From the human T2T-CHM13v2.0 reference genome, Homo sapiens: a DNA stretch of 64,000 nucleotides. Both the position numbers and the translations under genes were made by a program. The notes under the pieces are model-generated. The model was given only the letters and a program-made list of their open reading frames with translations. It ran no database searches and had not been told where the DNA came from. The stretch lies in assembly GCF_009914755.1 (NCBI RefSeq), contig NC_060934.1. One strand, 5' to 3'. How positions within the stretch are numbered: position 1 is the stretch's first letter; every line of letters begins with the position of its first letter. Below are positions 16,711 to 30,668 of this stretch, one piece after another.

Positions 16711-18045
16711 TGTCATTCAGAGCAGGTGTACCTCTTTAAACAATGCTAGCAAGTTTTGCAGCTGGTGCCTGGCTGCTGAAATTCACAGCCATAGCAGAGT
16801 GTGTTTTTGGGTTACTTAACCCCAAGGCAGTGCGCCTTCAAATCCGTATCACAGGCTGCAAGCAACCTTTAATCTCTCTGCTGCCCAGTCTAGTCTGCTG
16901 CCATCAGTTACTGTATCTGCCAGTTCATCATGTTCACAGTAAAGCCAAAAGACGAAGTAGCGATTGAAAGGGGGCAAACTGCACCTTAAGAAAATGGCAT
17001 TTTTCTGGCATTGATAAAGGTATCAGCTGCCAGTCAGTAGAGAGTGGAAATTGTTCCAGGTTAAGGATCAGTCAGCCAAAACATGCATTTTAAATGAATA
17101 TAGCAGCTACCCTGGGATAAATTTCAGTGGCAGCTGAAACACCTGCCCAGAAAGCAAGGCAATTTTTAATCCTGTGGCTCTTCTTTATGAGACTGAAATT
17201 TAGCACTTAGGTGGAAATATCTCCATAGAATGAATGCTAAACAAGCTTGAGGACAATCAGCTGTTTAAAACGTAAGATCAGTGCATACGGTATTTTCATT
17301 TCTCTTTATCTTCCTCATCTGATTTTTAGGAATTATGGGATGTTCAGATTTATGGTTTCCATGTATGTGAAGTGGAAATAGAAACTCTTCACAGATTCTA
17401 ATTTTCTGATGGTTGTTTTTGTGAAACATCCTTTCAGATGGGGAAATGTCTCTTACCTGTGTGAGCAGACTAAGAATGTGCTAAATGGATCTCACTTTAA
17501 ATATTAATGTCTTCATTTCTTATTTCCTTACATGTAATAAAAATGAAGTTATATACAACAAAGCAAACAGACTGTTGTAAGATATTTCAGCATGAAATTG
17601 TAATATTTCTACTTTGTGTGTGCCGAAGAACATTTTAATCACCATAAAAAAATTTCTCTTTCTTTTCCAGTTAGTTATTTGAAGGATTTGCACTACAACT
17701 CTATTTATAAAAGGCAGGAATTGTAGATACTTTCATGATAATGACTAGGGAGGAGTTTGGTATGAAATGTACCTTATGTAGCCCAGATCCTATTAAGTTG
17801 CACAGTGGTTGGCAGCTCTGGCATGACAAATTGATAAACATTTTTGGCTTGTAATGGCATTATGTGTTTGCTTGTTTGTTTGTTTGTTTTATAACGGATT
17901 GATCTTTATAAGTAGTGTTTCATGGCTTTAAGACAATATTGGCCTCAGTTTGCATTTCCTGAACTTCAATAGGGCTTAACCACAGGTGTGAACTCCTGGC
18001 CTTGACTTGCACTTGCCTACACCCAGGGACACCAAGGGACATTAC

Positions 18046-18090
18046 TGACATATATATATATATATGTCATATGACATATATATATATATG
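18046..18090. repeat. (TA)n-based nested palindrome
   Basis: Two (TA)n tracts flank tgtcatatgaca. 18046-18069 and 18052-18089 are each perfect palindromes. Confidence 0.85.
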
Positions 18091-18267
18091 GCAAAACATT
18101 GGAGGATGCCATTGGCCTGGCTCTTGCTTGTATTTTTCACTTCTTGCCCCATGGACTTTATGTGCAATTACATTGTTTTGATTTATTATACTTGGCCTCT
18201 TTTGTTTGAAATGTCTACCTTTCTTGGACTGGTTCAAAGTACACTGGAAACTGTATTTATGCTTACT

Positions 18268-18460
18268 TACTCCATTCATTTATCCATCATGACTGACTGT
18301 ACTGGATGCTGTGCTGGGAGGTGGGAATAGTGTGGTGAGCAAGTTAAACTCATGAGCATGAGGTGGAATGGGAATTCCAGGCACATCAACAGGTAATTTC
18401 ATTGCAGTGTGATATGTGCTATGGTAGATTAGGTGCCAAGTGCTAAAGGATCATTGAAAG
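18268..18460 (-). mobile_element. L2 fragment
   Basis: ccattcatttatcc...tgcagtgtgatatgtgctatggtag. Confidence 0.55.
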
Positions 18461-18654
18461 TGGGCTGTGAGTACTTATTTGAGTGTCTGAGCTTGCTTTC
18501 TCTCTTCTTGGTCCCGAGTATGTTATGCAGATACTGTTTTCATTCCTAGGATATTTTCTTGAGATTTTATTCTTAGGATCTTGGTTGATGGGGCAAAGAT
18601 AACCTTTAAACACAATAACAGACTCCAGGAGAAAAGGGAACAGATGCTAAAATA

Positions 18655-18850
18655 TAATAAGGTTTAATCTGACTTGCCAACTACATGTGACTTTCAACAA
18701 GTACTGTAACCTTTCTAGTCATGATTTATCTGTAAAACAAAGGCAATGATGCCCTTACAGGGTGCTGGGAAGGGTTAGAGTTTCTATCTGTAAGTTGTTT
18801 TTTTTTTTTTTTTAGCATAGTTCCTGACATATGGCAAGTCCAAAGTAATT
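18655..18850 (+). mobile_element. MIR SINE
   Basis: gtgactttcaacaagtactgtaacctttct...atctgtaaaacaaagg...cttacagggtgctggga. Confidence 0.6.
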
Positions 18851-20364
18851 ATTGCTCTGCTGTCGTTGATCAGTGGTACTATCTACCTGTGAAAGGGCAA
18901 GCGTAAGGATAAAGGCAGGGATTTTGTGTTGTTAGTGTGCGTGTGTTTGTGTTTTAGCAGACATAGACGTCTCCCAATTACACTTTTGTATTCTCTTGTC
19001 TACCAACTGATGCTGCAGTTTTTTCTCGTCATCAACATGCCTTTAAAAGTATGTCCTGGGTGAGCTAAATTAATGGCAGCTCATTGATTCTTCCTCCTTC
19101 CCAAGGTGCCTTGAGAAGGGTGTGACTAACATCCATTGAGCATAAGCAAGACATTTCAAGTTGACTTTAACTTTGCCTGTCACACTGAAAAATGGCTCCT
19201 AATGAGTTCTTAAAAGGGAACAGAGGGACTGAGAGCACACTAATCTCAAGGCAGCCTTAGTAATTGGATGTAATATCGCTGTCACATTCTGGATATGAAC
19301 ACATATTACCGTGAAGTCTCAAAATGTTTAATTTGGCTTGCTGGAATCTCAATTTTAGACTGTACTTAGATGAGATTAAGCAATGGTTGTAAACTTCTTT
19401 GCCTGCACATAGTGGCCACTCAACTTACTTCTGCATAGACTATTCAATCATCACTAGAGACCTGTAAGCTAAATTCTCTTATCCCTATTACTCAAATGAG
19501 AATAAAATAATGAACTGTCCGCAGTAGCTAATTGACTTGCCAGAGGTTGCCCCAGTCAGAGTTATGCGACATGGAATTGGTAGCCAGGCCTTGTCACCCC
19601 TGGTCCATGTGCTTTAGACTGTGCCATAATTGCCTTTCATCTCTTTGCCAGTAAGCTGGTTTGTTAGTCACATTCTATCTTGTGGCGTCCTTGTTAGCCA
19701 ACCCGATTGCTTGAATTGTGTTTGTATGAGGTCTTATCTTTCCCCTTGAAGTCTAACTAGGAGAGATAATTTTTCCCATGGATTAAATTAATGTAGTAGT
19801 GTGATGAGAACTTAGAATTTGAAACACCTAGATCTGCTCTTTCTCCTACCTTTTATTTATTCTCATAGAGAAAATAAATTTTCTTTCATGTAAGGAACTA
19901 GACTATTCTGAGCCTATTTCCTGAGCTTGGCTAATATCTCTTTTCCAAGGGTCATTAACCAGGCTCAAATGAGATATACACACGGGCAAACATCTTTAAG
20001 TTGACCAATGCTATACAAATATATTAAATTTGTGACATCCAGTCTTACCTTCGCCTTTGAGTGTAAATGCTTTATCTAATGGCCAGTATTTATGGTGTAG
20101 GTCCCTATCTTTCCACATATTTTACGTACATCACACACTTGCTTAATGGTAAATTCCTGGAAGATAGAAAACACGTATTTTAAATTGTGTTCCATGATGA
20201 TAGTGAGTAGATAATTTCTAGCAACTAAATTTAATAGAATAATTACAATTATCTTTCGGGAAGCCCAAAACATACTAAGCATTTAAATATGGTAAGTAAA
20301 TGAATAAAGAGTTTTTTTTCCAAAGTAGTCAACCCAAAGCCATATTTTAATGAATGTTCTAAAT

Positions 20365-20586
20365 CAGTGGTTCTTAAACAGAGGTGACCTGCCTCTTCAC
20401 AGGAAACATTTTGCAGTGTCTGATGACATTTTTGATTGTTACAACTGGGAGAGAGGGGTGCTAATGTGATCTAGTAGGCAGAGCCAGAGATGCTGCTAAG
20501 TATTCCATAATTTACAAGACAAGACAGTCCCTACAATGGAATTGTCTAACCCAAAATGTTAACTGTTCAAAGGCTAAGAAATCTTG
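20365..20586 (+). mobile_element. MER20 (hAT-Charlie) DNA transposon
   Basis: Runs from cagtggttcttaaac through gacatttttgattgttacaactggg to gctaagaaatcttg. The 8-bp flanks ttctaaat / ctctagat look like a TSD. Confidence 0.85.
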
Positions 20587-20599
20587 CTCTAGATTAAAA

Positions 20600-20765
20600 A
20601 CATTGCTGCTGAAACTATGGTTCTTGAGCCAACAGTATTGGCCTCCTTGACAGCTTATTAGAAATATAGACTCTTAGGTTCTATTTTAGACCTACTACAA
20701 TGAGAATTTGAATTTAACAGGAATCCCATCTGATTTGCATATGCATTAATGTTTGGAAAGCACTG
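20600..20765 (+). mobile_element. MER5A-like DNA transposon
   Basis: cagcttattagaaatatagactctt...agacctact...tttaacaggaatccc...gtttggaaagcactg. Confidence 0.65.
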
Positions 20766-20794
20766 GATGCAAATAATACTGTTTTCTTAAAAGT

Positions 20795-21320
20795 TATCTT
20801 TTGGAATGGTTTTAGACTTACCAAAAAAAAAATGTGAAGAATTACGGAATTCCCATATACCCACAATCAGTTTCCCCTGTAATAAATACCTTACATTATG
20901 GTAATTTTTTATAATTAACAAACCAATATTGATACATTATCATTAACTACAGCCAATTCTTCATTCATATTTTATTAGTTTTTAACTAATGTCTTTTTTG
21001 TATTACAGATTCTCATTGAAGATAGAACTTTATGATGTTTAGTGATCATATATCCTTAGGCTCTTCTTAGGTATGACAGTTTCTCAGTCTTGTTTTTGAT
21101 GACCTTGACAGTATTGAGAAGTACTGGTTAGATATTTTACAGAAGGTTCTTCAGTTAAAATTTGTCTCCTTTTCTCATGATGAAACCAGGGTTATATTAT
21201 TTTTGAAGAGAGACCACAGAGGTAGAGTACCATCTTAATCATATCATGTCAAGGTTACATACTATCAATGATGATTTATCACTGGTGATACTGACTTTGA
21301 TCACCTGGCAGAGGCATTTT
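20795..21320 (-). mobile_element. L1MC-type 3' end
   Basis: gttttagacttaccaaaaa...ttcccatataccc...gttttgatgaccttgacagtattgagaagtactggt. Confidence 0.75.
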
Positions 21321-22884
21321 TGCTCAGTACTTAGTTCCACAGCTTACACTTACTTGTTATCTGATTCAAGTTCATTTTACTGGCCAATGAAGGGTCTGTC
21401 CTTCAGCAGCTACCTTTTGTTTTGGAATTCTAAAGGCCTACATTGTTACAATCACCAGATGTATTATACATGTGGAGCTGCAAATTGTACATTTATAAAT
21501 GAACAGTTTTACAGATTACATGGTGGACTTTATTTACTCTGGGGAAATATCCAGATTGCAGTAAAGGACAAATCTGATTAATCAAAAGAGCTAAAAACCA
21601 CCTGGAACCAACAACTAATTGGGATTTTTTTTTAAAAAAAAAAAGAGAAACCAATCCAACTGGTAGTTTCAGATCTGAATTTTGAAATATATTAGATAGG
21701 AAATCAATGTTTTTAGTCAAATAGGTAGTTGCAGAGAATGTTTCGCCCCCCCTTACGAACATGTCATGACTTTGACCTTCAGTGTGGTAGAGTGATTTTG
21801 TAGAAGCTGGAAGAGAAGGATTACAGTTCCTTCACTGGATACGCATGTCTTACAATTAGTCATATAGTAGGTACAATTAGACTATGGCTTAATGTCTTCA
21901 TCAGATTTGGATAATTATTTCTAAACTGTGTACTTTGGGTGTGTTGCAAGGATAAAATGAAATAAAAGATGTGAACAAGTACTTATTTATCTTAAACTCT
22001 GCCTCACTGTAGATTCCAGCCATTACTTTTTACTACTACTTAACCAATACAAGATAGATCTTAGCTTCTCACCCCTCTCTGGCATTCCTACTTTTGCACT
22101 GTTGGCATTTCTATCTTCCTACAGTCTTCTGCAACAAATGGAAAACTCCTTTCCCACCTAAAAACCTCAGCTTGGTATTATACTTTAACAGTAGAAATAT
22201 CGGTGGATTTTCAAGTACAGTCAAAAAGTATAGAAGTAGCATTACTAACGTTTTAAAGATGTAAATTCCACTCAGCAAAGAACACCCTAAAATTTTGACC
22301 TTGCAAATATGAATATCCACTAGCAGCTTCTTCGAGGCCCTCAAGGGCAGGATGTTCTCTGAGATTTTGAAGAACCCAGATGCCATTCTGAACTGTTTGT
22401 GTTTATCTGTGTAAGTGACATGTCAAGGTACTAAGATTGAATGGTGGAAAAATAAGTGTCTAAGGATGAGTTAGATGCTAGCTTTTTATGGCCCCATAAA
22501 TTTTTAACACAAGAGCTTTTGTTGAACTTGAAGAATTCTTTGTTCCTTTAAAAATGAAATACTGCAAAGTAGATTTGAGTTCCACAACAATTTTAAAATT
22601 TTCTTTTAAAGTAAATATTTAAGAATCATGTAATCATAAAATTGAACTTGAAACTACCCAGGATATATGTGCAGATGAATGCTGAAGCCACGGAAAATTA
22701 AATGGCTTGTACAGTCAGCTTCTTAGTTACTGAGTCAGGACAAAAATAAAGTTCTTTTGACGTTGAGTATGATACTCCGTTCAATCTTTCATGCTGTGTC
22801 TTATCTCCAAATAGTGCAGTTTGATTTTTTTTTAAGTAAAATCCTATAAAAAATATATACCTTTATCTGGGTATAGTATAAGTA

Positions 22885-23007
22885 CAGACAGTCCCAAACT
22901 TACAATGGCTTGACTTACAATTTTTCAACTTTACAATTGTGCAGAAGAGATGCACATTCAGTACATCCCTGGACTTATGATAGGGTTACATTCTCGAAGA
23001 GCATTTG
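22885..23007. mobile_element. Internally deleted Tigger-derived MITE (MER47/Tigger5-like)
   Basis: TA|cagacagtcccaaacttacaatgg...gaagagcatttg|TA, with both terminal inverted repeats and a TA TSD. Confidence 0.7.
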
Positions 23008-24224
23008 TAATTATATCTTTGGAAAAATTTTAACACTAGAATTTTTTCAGATCGAAAAATTTAAAAATCACAATTCTTTTGTCTTGGGAACTATTAAAAT
23101 TAGGGAAAAACTACATAAAGATTTCAAGAGACTACATGAGCAGATACAGTGTCAGATCTACTTCAATATTAGCATGCATAAAGCAACATATTTTGAAGGA
23201 AATATATCAAAATTCAATTATGGTATATACACCCTGCAACTGATTTCAACATCTGAACTAGAGTTTGTGATCATTATAAATTCTGTCATGGTAACTTTAG
23301 TGTAGGGTGTTGCTACAAGCCAGAAGGTCAAATCATCATCGTGTTTGTCAATCCAATGCTTCCGCCATGGTGAAATGCTATTGCATTTTTCTGCTTAAAA
23401 AATCTTTGTGGAGAAACTTCTCCAGGAAAGGTAGAGGGTGCTTAAAGAAGTTACGAGAGAGCAACTAAAACAGCCAAGAAGGCAAAAATTTCATGTAAAC
23501 AATTTTCTTATCTTTATTTGAAATGAATGGAACCAATAAGAGGATATGTTGAAGCCTATAAAATCAGGAAAAGAATGGGTACAATAAATGTGGACTTTAA
23601 ACATTAAAATCTTTTGAAGTTTAAAAGAGATAAACATGGGACAAATGAAAGCCAACATTGGTTCTAATAGTAATTCTTTGTAACTTTATCCTTGAGTGCC
23701 TGGGTCCTTCCAAACTCTCAACCTCTGTAAGTGCACTTTCACTTGTATGTTCTATTTTGGTGTTGGATGGTGACCATGATGGGCAGTTTATTGAAAAAAA
23801 AGTATCAACTTAACACTGAAGGCCTAAGAGCCAGTTTTTTATTCTTACTTAGACCATCTCAATTTTATGTTTAGTCAGTTTTGCTCTTGTTCTCTCTGAT
23901 AGGTGTATTGTGAACTTATCAAAGAGAAACTAAAGCATGGAAGAAGAGAATGTCATTGTCAGCTAATCTAAAACTTTTTTCCATTTTGTAACTTCCTTTT
24001 TCTTAATCAATTTGCACCTTTATTTTTAGCCACACTTTTTATATGATACTTGTTTCAAAATTCTATTGACATTCCTCCCCTAGCATCAAGTCCTGAATGC
24101 TTATATTCTCATTTTTCACTGGCTGCCCTGATGGCAAGGCAGATGCTTAGTCCACCATGGAGAGGTGGGAGTGACTTTGCCCTCCTGTGCACTGATCCTC
24201 ATTCTTCTAGGTGGAGTGGCTAGA

Positions 24225-24410
24225 ATCCACACAGAAGTTGAGAACGGAGACCTGAGTTTTAGTTCTGGTTCTGTTCTACCAGAAATTTTGTTCTCTTTTA
24301 TCCTACCAAGTTATTGAACTTCTAAGAATCAATTTTGCTCATTTATAAAATTAAGCATTGATCATTATAACCTTGAGTGTCTATTTCAACTCTAAATTTG
24401 ATGACTCTAA
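24225..24410 (+). mobile_element. MIR3-like SINE
   Basis: ggagacctgagttttagttctggttctg...ctcatttataaaat...tttcaactctaaatt. Confidence 0.55.
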
Positions 24411-25424
24411 AGGAATTGTTCTCCTGAGTCATATTACACCACTCTCATCTGTCTTCAGCCAAAATTTATTATTTTGCCTCTCATAGTTTCTTCTTTTTCA
24501 CTTTACATACTCAGAATTCTGATTCTTGCCTCTAAGCTATTTCTTTCACATTTCGGCATCTGTCCCTTTACTGAATTCATAGAAGTGCATTTGAAGTTAG
24601 TTTTCTAACTTTAATATTCTTCCAAGTTTAAGTTATCCGGAGTTATTTATAGCAAAAATGTGGGAAGTTTTACTTTTTTGTCACTTTTTACCAGGAAAAA
24701 AAAAACCCTGCATATTTGCTCACTAAAGTTCACTTTTTACATTTTGTGATTATTGTGAAATAGAAAGTATTCACTAATCAATCACTTAAAGTTGGAGCAC
24801 CTTGTCTAAAATCAAACTTTTCCTGGAAGTTCCAGTTTTTGAAACAATTCTTATTTAAGTGCTGTATCTTTGTCAATTCTAAAACATTAAATATTTTTAA
24901 TACTAACTTACTCAAAATTTTGGTTTTAATTTTTTTAAAGCAAATCAAATTCTATTTAGAATTTGTCTAATTTAATCATTTAGCTAATTTATGATGGCAG
25001 TTCTGTTTCAAAATTAGTACTATAATAGTTTTTTAGTGACTCTATCCTACCTCCCTCATTTGTAATAGATTCAGATATGGCTACAACATAAATGACAATT
25101 TTTCAGCATATCTCTGTTCTTATACAACAAATGTGACTGAATTTATCAATGACAGTTAAGATGAGTGAAGAAGAGTGTATAATCTGAAGATACATTTTTA
25201 ATGGATTTACTCAGTATAGTCATTGTACTTATAGGTGGCCTAGACATGTGGATTAAAATAAATGAGGCTAATCTATGAATTTTAGAAAAAATACATTCCT
25301 TTCACTAATTGAGGGGAGTGAAAAAGCATGTCTTCATTTATTGACAAACTTCTATTCAACTAAAAGCATTTACTTTAATAGAAAAAGTGTCATTGGTCCA
25401 CAACCAAAACCAAAAATTTCTCTT

Positions 25425-25755
25425 TATGCTGTAGCATAGCCAACCTCTTAGTGGCCTAGAACAAGTCATTATCTCTAACAGTTCTGTGGGTTACCTGGAT
25501 TCGGGTGTTTCTTGTGTGGGATCTTTCCTGTGGTTTCAGTCAGATGGCAACTAGGCATAGAGTTACCTGGATACTTAGACAGAAAGCAGAAGCTGCCAGG
25601 CCAGCACCATTTCCATTGTATTCTATTGGTCAAAGCCGTTGTAGTGCCTGAGCAGATTTAAGGATGTTGAGAAGTACCTCTTGAAGGGGACATTGTTTAA
25701 GAGCATGCAGCATGAGATATATTGTTATGGGATCTTTAGCGAATACAGCTTATTG
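25425..25755 (-). mobile_element. Old MLT1-type MaLR LTR
   Basis: cttagtggcctagaacaag...cagttctgtgggtt...ttccattgtattctattggtcaaagc. Confidence 0.65.
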
Positions 25756-25794
25756 TGATAGTTTTAAAGGAATACCCTACCATATTCCTTAATG

Positions 25795-26019
25795 CTGGGG
25801 TTGGCAAAGTACAGTCTGCAGGCCAAATCTGGCTCTCAGCCTATTTTTGTAAATAAAATTTTATTAGAATATAGCCATGCTTACATATTTATATGTTGTC
25901 TATTGCTGCTTTCACAATACAGTGGCAGAGTTGAGTAGCTGTAGCAGATACCATATGGCCTGCAAAACTTTAAAATATTTACTCTCTGGCCCTTTACAGA
26001 AAAGATTTGCCAACCTCTG
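25795..26019 (+). mobile_element. MER58A (hAT-Charlie)
   Basis: Inverted termini ggggttggcaaa ... tttgccaacctctg, and internal ggccaaatctggc...tttttgtaaataaaattttattagaa. Confidence 0.88.
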
Positions 26020-27626
26020 TAAAAAAGTTTTAAAGACTGTTAGTCATCTGAAGGCGTGCATTAATAATTACATTAATTTAAATTCTTATTGGCTGTATTC
26101 ATGAATTTTTTCTATTGTTTTTTTCTTCAGGCAGAATGTATCAACTCTAATAGCTTCCATGACTTCTCTGATAAAGATAATTTCAGGGAAAGTAAACTTG
26201 TTTTTTTCTTCAAAATAGAAGCTTTCCCTTCAGCCCTCACTCCTGATCCACAAATGTGGACTTTATTGTTTTATGAGGTTACTCTGTTTTGTCAGATATT
26301 ACATAGGTTATAGTGGTCTTCAAACCTAAGCTTGTCAGCAAGTGGACATAATTTGGGGAACTTTAAGAGCTACAGAAGTCAGTATCCCACCCTGTAGAAA
26401 TCCTGGTTTACATAACCTGGCCTGGGTAACAGACATCAGTACTTACAAATCTGTAGTGTGCCTGGAGAAGAACACTTGATAACTGTTGCACATCTTGAAG
26501 TCTTGTTAAATCAACAATAAAGCAACCCATCTTCTGTAAATTAATAAAAATACATTCATCTCTTGCAAAGAAGTGACTCGAATTTTATCTGAAAATAGAC
26601 ATAATGCGCTCATTGCCTTCTAGAAAAACACTGTTTTCTTAGGTGAACACAAAGTGTCTTTAGGGGAAAAAAAATGCTTTCTTACATAAAGAACCATGAT
26701 CAGAGGAGGAAAAAAGAGAGTACAGGAAAAAAAATATGGCAATATTATCAAGGAAGTGTAATTATTATACCAGCTGTATATTACAGTAACTAGAAATATC
26801 TAGTATGAAAAAAGGCCTTGAAATGGGCAGGGTCTGGGAAACAGTGAGGGCATTTGCATGGAGGACTCTGGAAAGAAAAGCCAACAGAGAATTGCACCTC
26901 ATCATTTTGCAGGAGGCAGAGGCTGCTGCAGTGTTTGTGTGTTGGAGGTGGAGGAATGGAGAATGAAATGATAGCCACGGCCTAAGGCAAAGGTCAGAAC
27001 TTGAAGAAAAAACTGAAATATGTGTTGCCTCCCTAACCAGTTCCATCTTCTAGATGAAATTCCATATGGAACGGGTATACAGATTTAAAGCTACAATCAA
27101 GTAAGTTCAAATGAAGTGGTTCAGTCCAAGTTCAATGAGACTACAATATATAAAGAATCTGCCTTTATCTTAGGATGGTAAAAGAAGACAAAGCAAGCTC
27201 ATTTCTAAAAGGCAGCATCTTGAATACTTTCTGCAACTGTAATGTCAGGCATACCAATTTGATATCTTAGATATAATTTCTGATTGTAATAGTAATTTCA
27301 TTTTTAATTAGGCTGAAAGCTTCAGCTGCTGGTAGGCATGAAGTGTATTTTCTCCCAAAGTCATGCTTCTATAATGCATTATTTGTAGAGTAACAGCAAT
27401 TTTGTTTTTGTTTCACAAAACAAAATACAAAGTTTGCCTTTTTCCACCCCAAAGAACTTCAAAACTAATGGAGATATTACATAAGTCAACTAATTGAGAA
27501 AGGTATGATATTTTGGAGAACTGAGCGGGCGGAATCTTGGGACTGGGTTAAAAAAATAGTCTTCATTGTTGAAATAAGGAATGATTCTTCACAGGGACAA
27601 TGGTTAGAGAGTAAGAGGGATGTTAC

Positions 27627-27821
27627 AGTGCTGTTCAGCAGAGCTTTCTGGAAGAATGGAAATGTTCTACACTAGTGCTGTCGCCACTAGCCACATGTAA
27701 CATTTGAGCACTTGATATGTGGTTAGTGCAAGTGAGATGAATTTTTCATTTTATTTATTTTTAATTAATTCACATTTAAATAGCCCCATGTGGCAACTGA
27801 CTACCATATAGGAGAGCACAA
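27627..27821 (+). mobile_element. MER3 (hAT-Charlie)
   Basis: cagtgctgttcagcagagctttctg...ccactagccacatgt...aatagccccatgtggc. Confidence 0.85.
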
Positions 27822-29596
27822 CATAAAGGAAACAAAGTGTTCTTGGAACTGAAAATGAGGAGATGGAAACCAATTGTTGTTCATCATTATAATAATAATT
27901 CATAAAACAGAGTATGTTTCTAATTTAAAGCTTTATCATAATCATCACAGGTGAAAATGGACATCTTTGTGTTCCTAGTTACTCATTTTAATAAAGTGTT
28001 TGTGGAAATTATGTTAATAAAAGTTAGCCTTTGATCATTATAAATATAGCCTATCAAAACTACAATTATTACATTATCAAGGAAACCATTTTTCCATACT
28101 TTAGTTTACAAAACTTGGTATAATATGCCACATATCAGCTTTAGGTTAAATATAACAACAACAACAACAACGAACAGTGAAGCAGATTTAGTCACAAGGG
28201 ACACCTCATCAAGTAGTTAATTTGTAGAAAAATTTCATTTTTTCAATTTGAATGAACAGATGGCCTATTCATTAAAATTCAAAAGTAGATAATTACTTGA
28301 TTCCAGTATTTTTAGAAAAAGGACATTTTATAACATTGTGTTGGGGGAAGACTCATAGGTCTTAAAATGTCTTGTGTGACTGGACACATCATTCTCCACT
28401 GTCTACAACTGCCTGCCGTGCTAACTGAATAAGTAGGTTAAAAATAGCCTTGCAGCTCTTCTTCAACACTAAAACACTCACTTAAAAAAAAAAACTGCTC
28501 ATCTCTCTGAAGAAATATCTTCGCATTAACCTCTAAACCCTGCTCAAACATTCAATCAGCAAACGTTTATCTATCACTTTTTGTGCTGGATGCTTGAAAG
28601 TGGGGGTATGCATTTGAAAAGATTGCCCTTGCCCTTAAGAAGTAGAGTTCAATGGTGAATGTTCATTAATCCAACGGTCCTGAATTTTCTTCACTTTAGT
28701 GATATTCTGCAACTTTTTTCTCATTTAAGTAGTTCAATAAAGGTGGATACTTAGTAATTCGTTACAGAATATTCATATGATGAATAATTCTGTATGAATA
28801 AATCTGCTATTGAAAGTCAGTGTAATGATGTACATCCTAGAATTACCTTACCACCCAAAGCTTTTCTTTTCTTTCCTTCTTTTCTTTTAACTAGAAGTGT
28901 TCCTCCTGTTCCTAGATACATAAAATGAGAGAAGTAACATGTTTGCCTAATTTCTTTGGTTGCTGGGAAGCTCAGAGTGTGTGTTTTTACTCTGGCTTTC
29001 CTGATCTAGGAATTCTTGATCTATTTCTTCTTCAACCTTTACTTCCTAGTTCTTGATTATCTCTCTATAGGGTTTTACTGTAATTCATCCCAAACCTTTT
29101 TGGGAATAAGTTTATAAACTTTTCTTCAATTTCTAAAATGTGTTCATTTCCACAAAGCATTTTAAGGTTTCTGAAAATTGTTTTACAATTTAAGAATATA
29201 AAGTTTTCATCTGCCTCAAGAACCAAATTATGTAAAGGAAAGTTGCCACCTTGAATTTTAAATCAAAGGAAAACAACGGTCCTTGCTAATTAGATGTGAT
29301 CTTCATCCTTTCGTTCAGGTTCTGCTTTTCTAAAATATAGTTTTCTCATCACACACTTCCTCCATTTTGGCCTTACACTTTGAGAAGGATGGCCCCTGCC
29401 GTAGGCATTTTCTTAGGTCCATGTTGACTATCTTATGGTTGAATACAGAAAAGTAAGAAATAGCTATGTATGTACATTCCTAAACTACCTGCTCTCAGCA
29501 GCCATTTCTCATCTGAGAGACAAACCTTTTCCTAAATCATACAAAGACCCACCCATGATAAAGAGAAAAGCCTTGTCCATGTTACAGTAAAGTAGT

Positions 29597-29885
29597 ACAC
29601 ATCTGCAAGCCTCTTTCCAGAACTCTTGGCACCAGTTGTTTCAGAATTCATGTTTTCAGATTTTTTAAAAGTAATGTAGCACATATACTGTGTGTTTTAT
29701 AATACCGCCAATTGAGTCTGTCACATCACCTATAGCCAAACACATTAACCTTTCTGCAAAGTCTGTAAGTGGTCATTTAGGTCAAATAAATAAAGGCCAT
29801 AAGTAGTCTCATATTCATTTAGATCAGTTTTTGAAGCCAAATGAGAAAACACCTTTGGGATTTAGAGAGCATACCAGGGATTGCA
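29597..29885. mobile_element. Old DNA transposon remnant (Tigger-like, family uncertain)
   Basis: ccagaactcttggcaccagttgtttcagaattcatgttttcagattttttaaaagtaat resembles a recalled MITE consensus. Confidence 0.45.
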
Positions 29886-30668
29886 AATCTAATGGTAACT
29901 GATACATCACTCTCAGCCCCACCCCAGTGCTGCAACTCTGCCAGTGACTGTATATTCAGCTGACCAACACAAGGAAGCCCTTTGGGCTCTGCACATGAAC
30001 AATCCCATGAAGAACTATTAGCAAGATTTAGCATTCTTGCGAGTTTACCTCTGACCAGTCTTCAGTAGATATATAAGAAAGAGTTCTAATGGCCAACACA
30101 AAAACCAAGATAATCAGAAATATTACACTAAACTGCTATTTTTGATGTCTTAACTTAAAACCTCCCACTGCTACATTGCATCCTATTTCCTTAACTTTAA
30201 CTCTCTTCTATTATTCCACAATACATTCACCCACCATTTCCATTTTTCTCTGAGTCTTCTCTCCACCTCTTCCTCTTCATCTGCAGTTTCTATGACATTC
30301 ATATTCCATCTACCACATACCACCATTTCCATAACTAGACATAATAATGCACAGGGCTTGAATTTTTGCCTAATTCTCTTCTGCAGGAAGTCATAACTAA
30401 CCCAGTTCCTTCCTATAATTACTCTGGATTACTTAGCTGCAACATGCCTGGGTGGAATTGCAAAAGGCTGTAATATGTCTGGTTAGAATATTCCAGTGAA
30501 TGTTCCCTTATCATCTAGCACATGACCATAAAACTCAAAATTACAAATGGCTTCTCATTAATATGTATATGTAATCATTGTTCAACTCAGTATCTAATAT
30601 TTTTGAGGGAATTATATCTTTGCATTGGTCACAAAAATATGTTTCTTGCTTATCAAAAGCATAGAATT

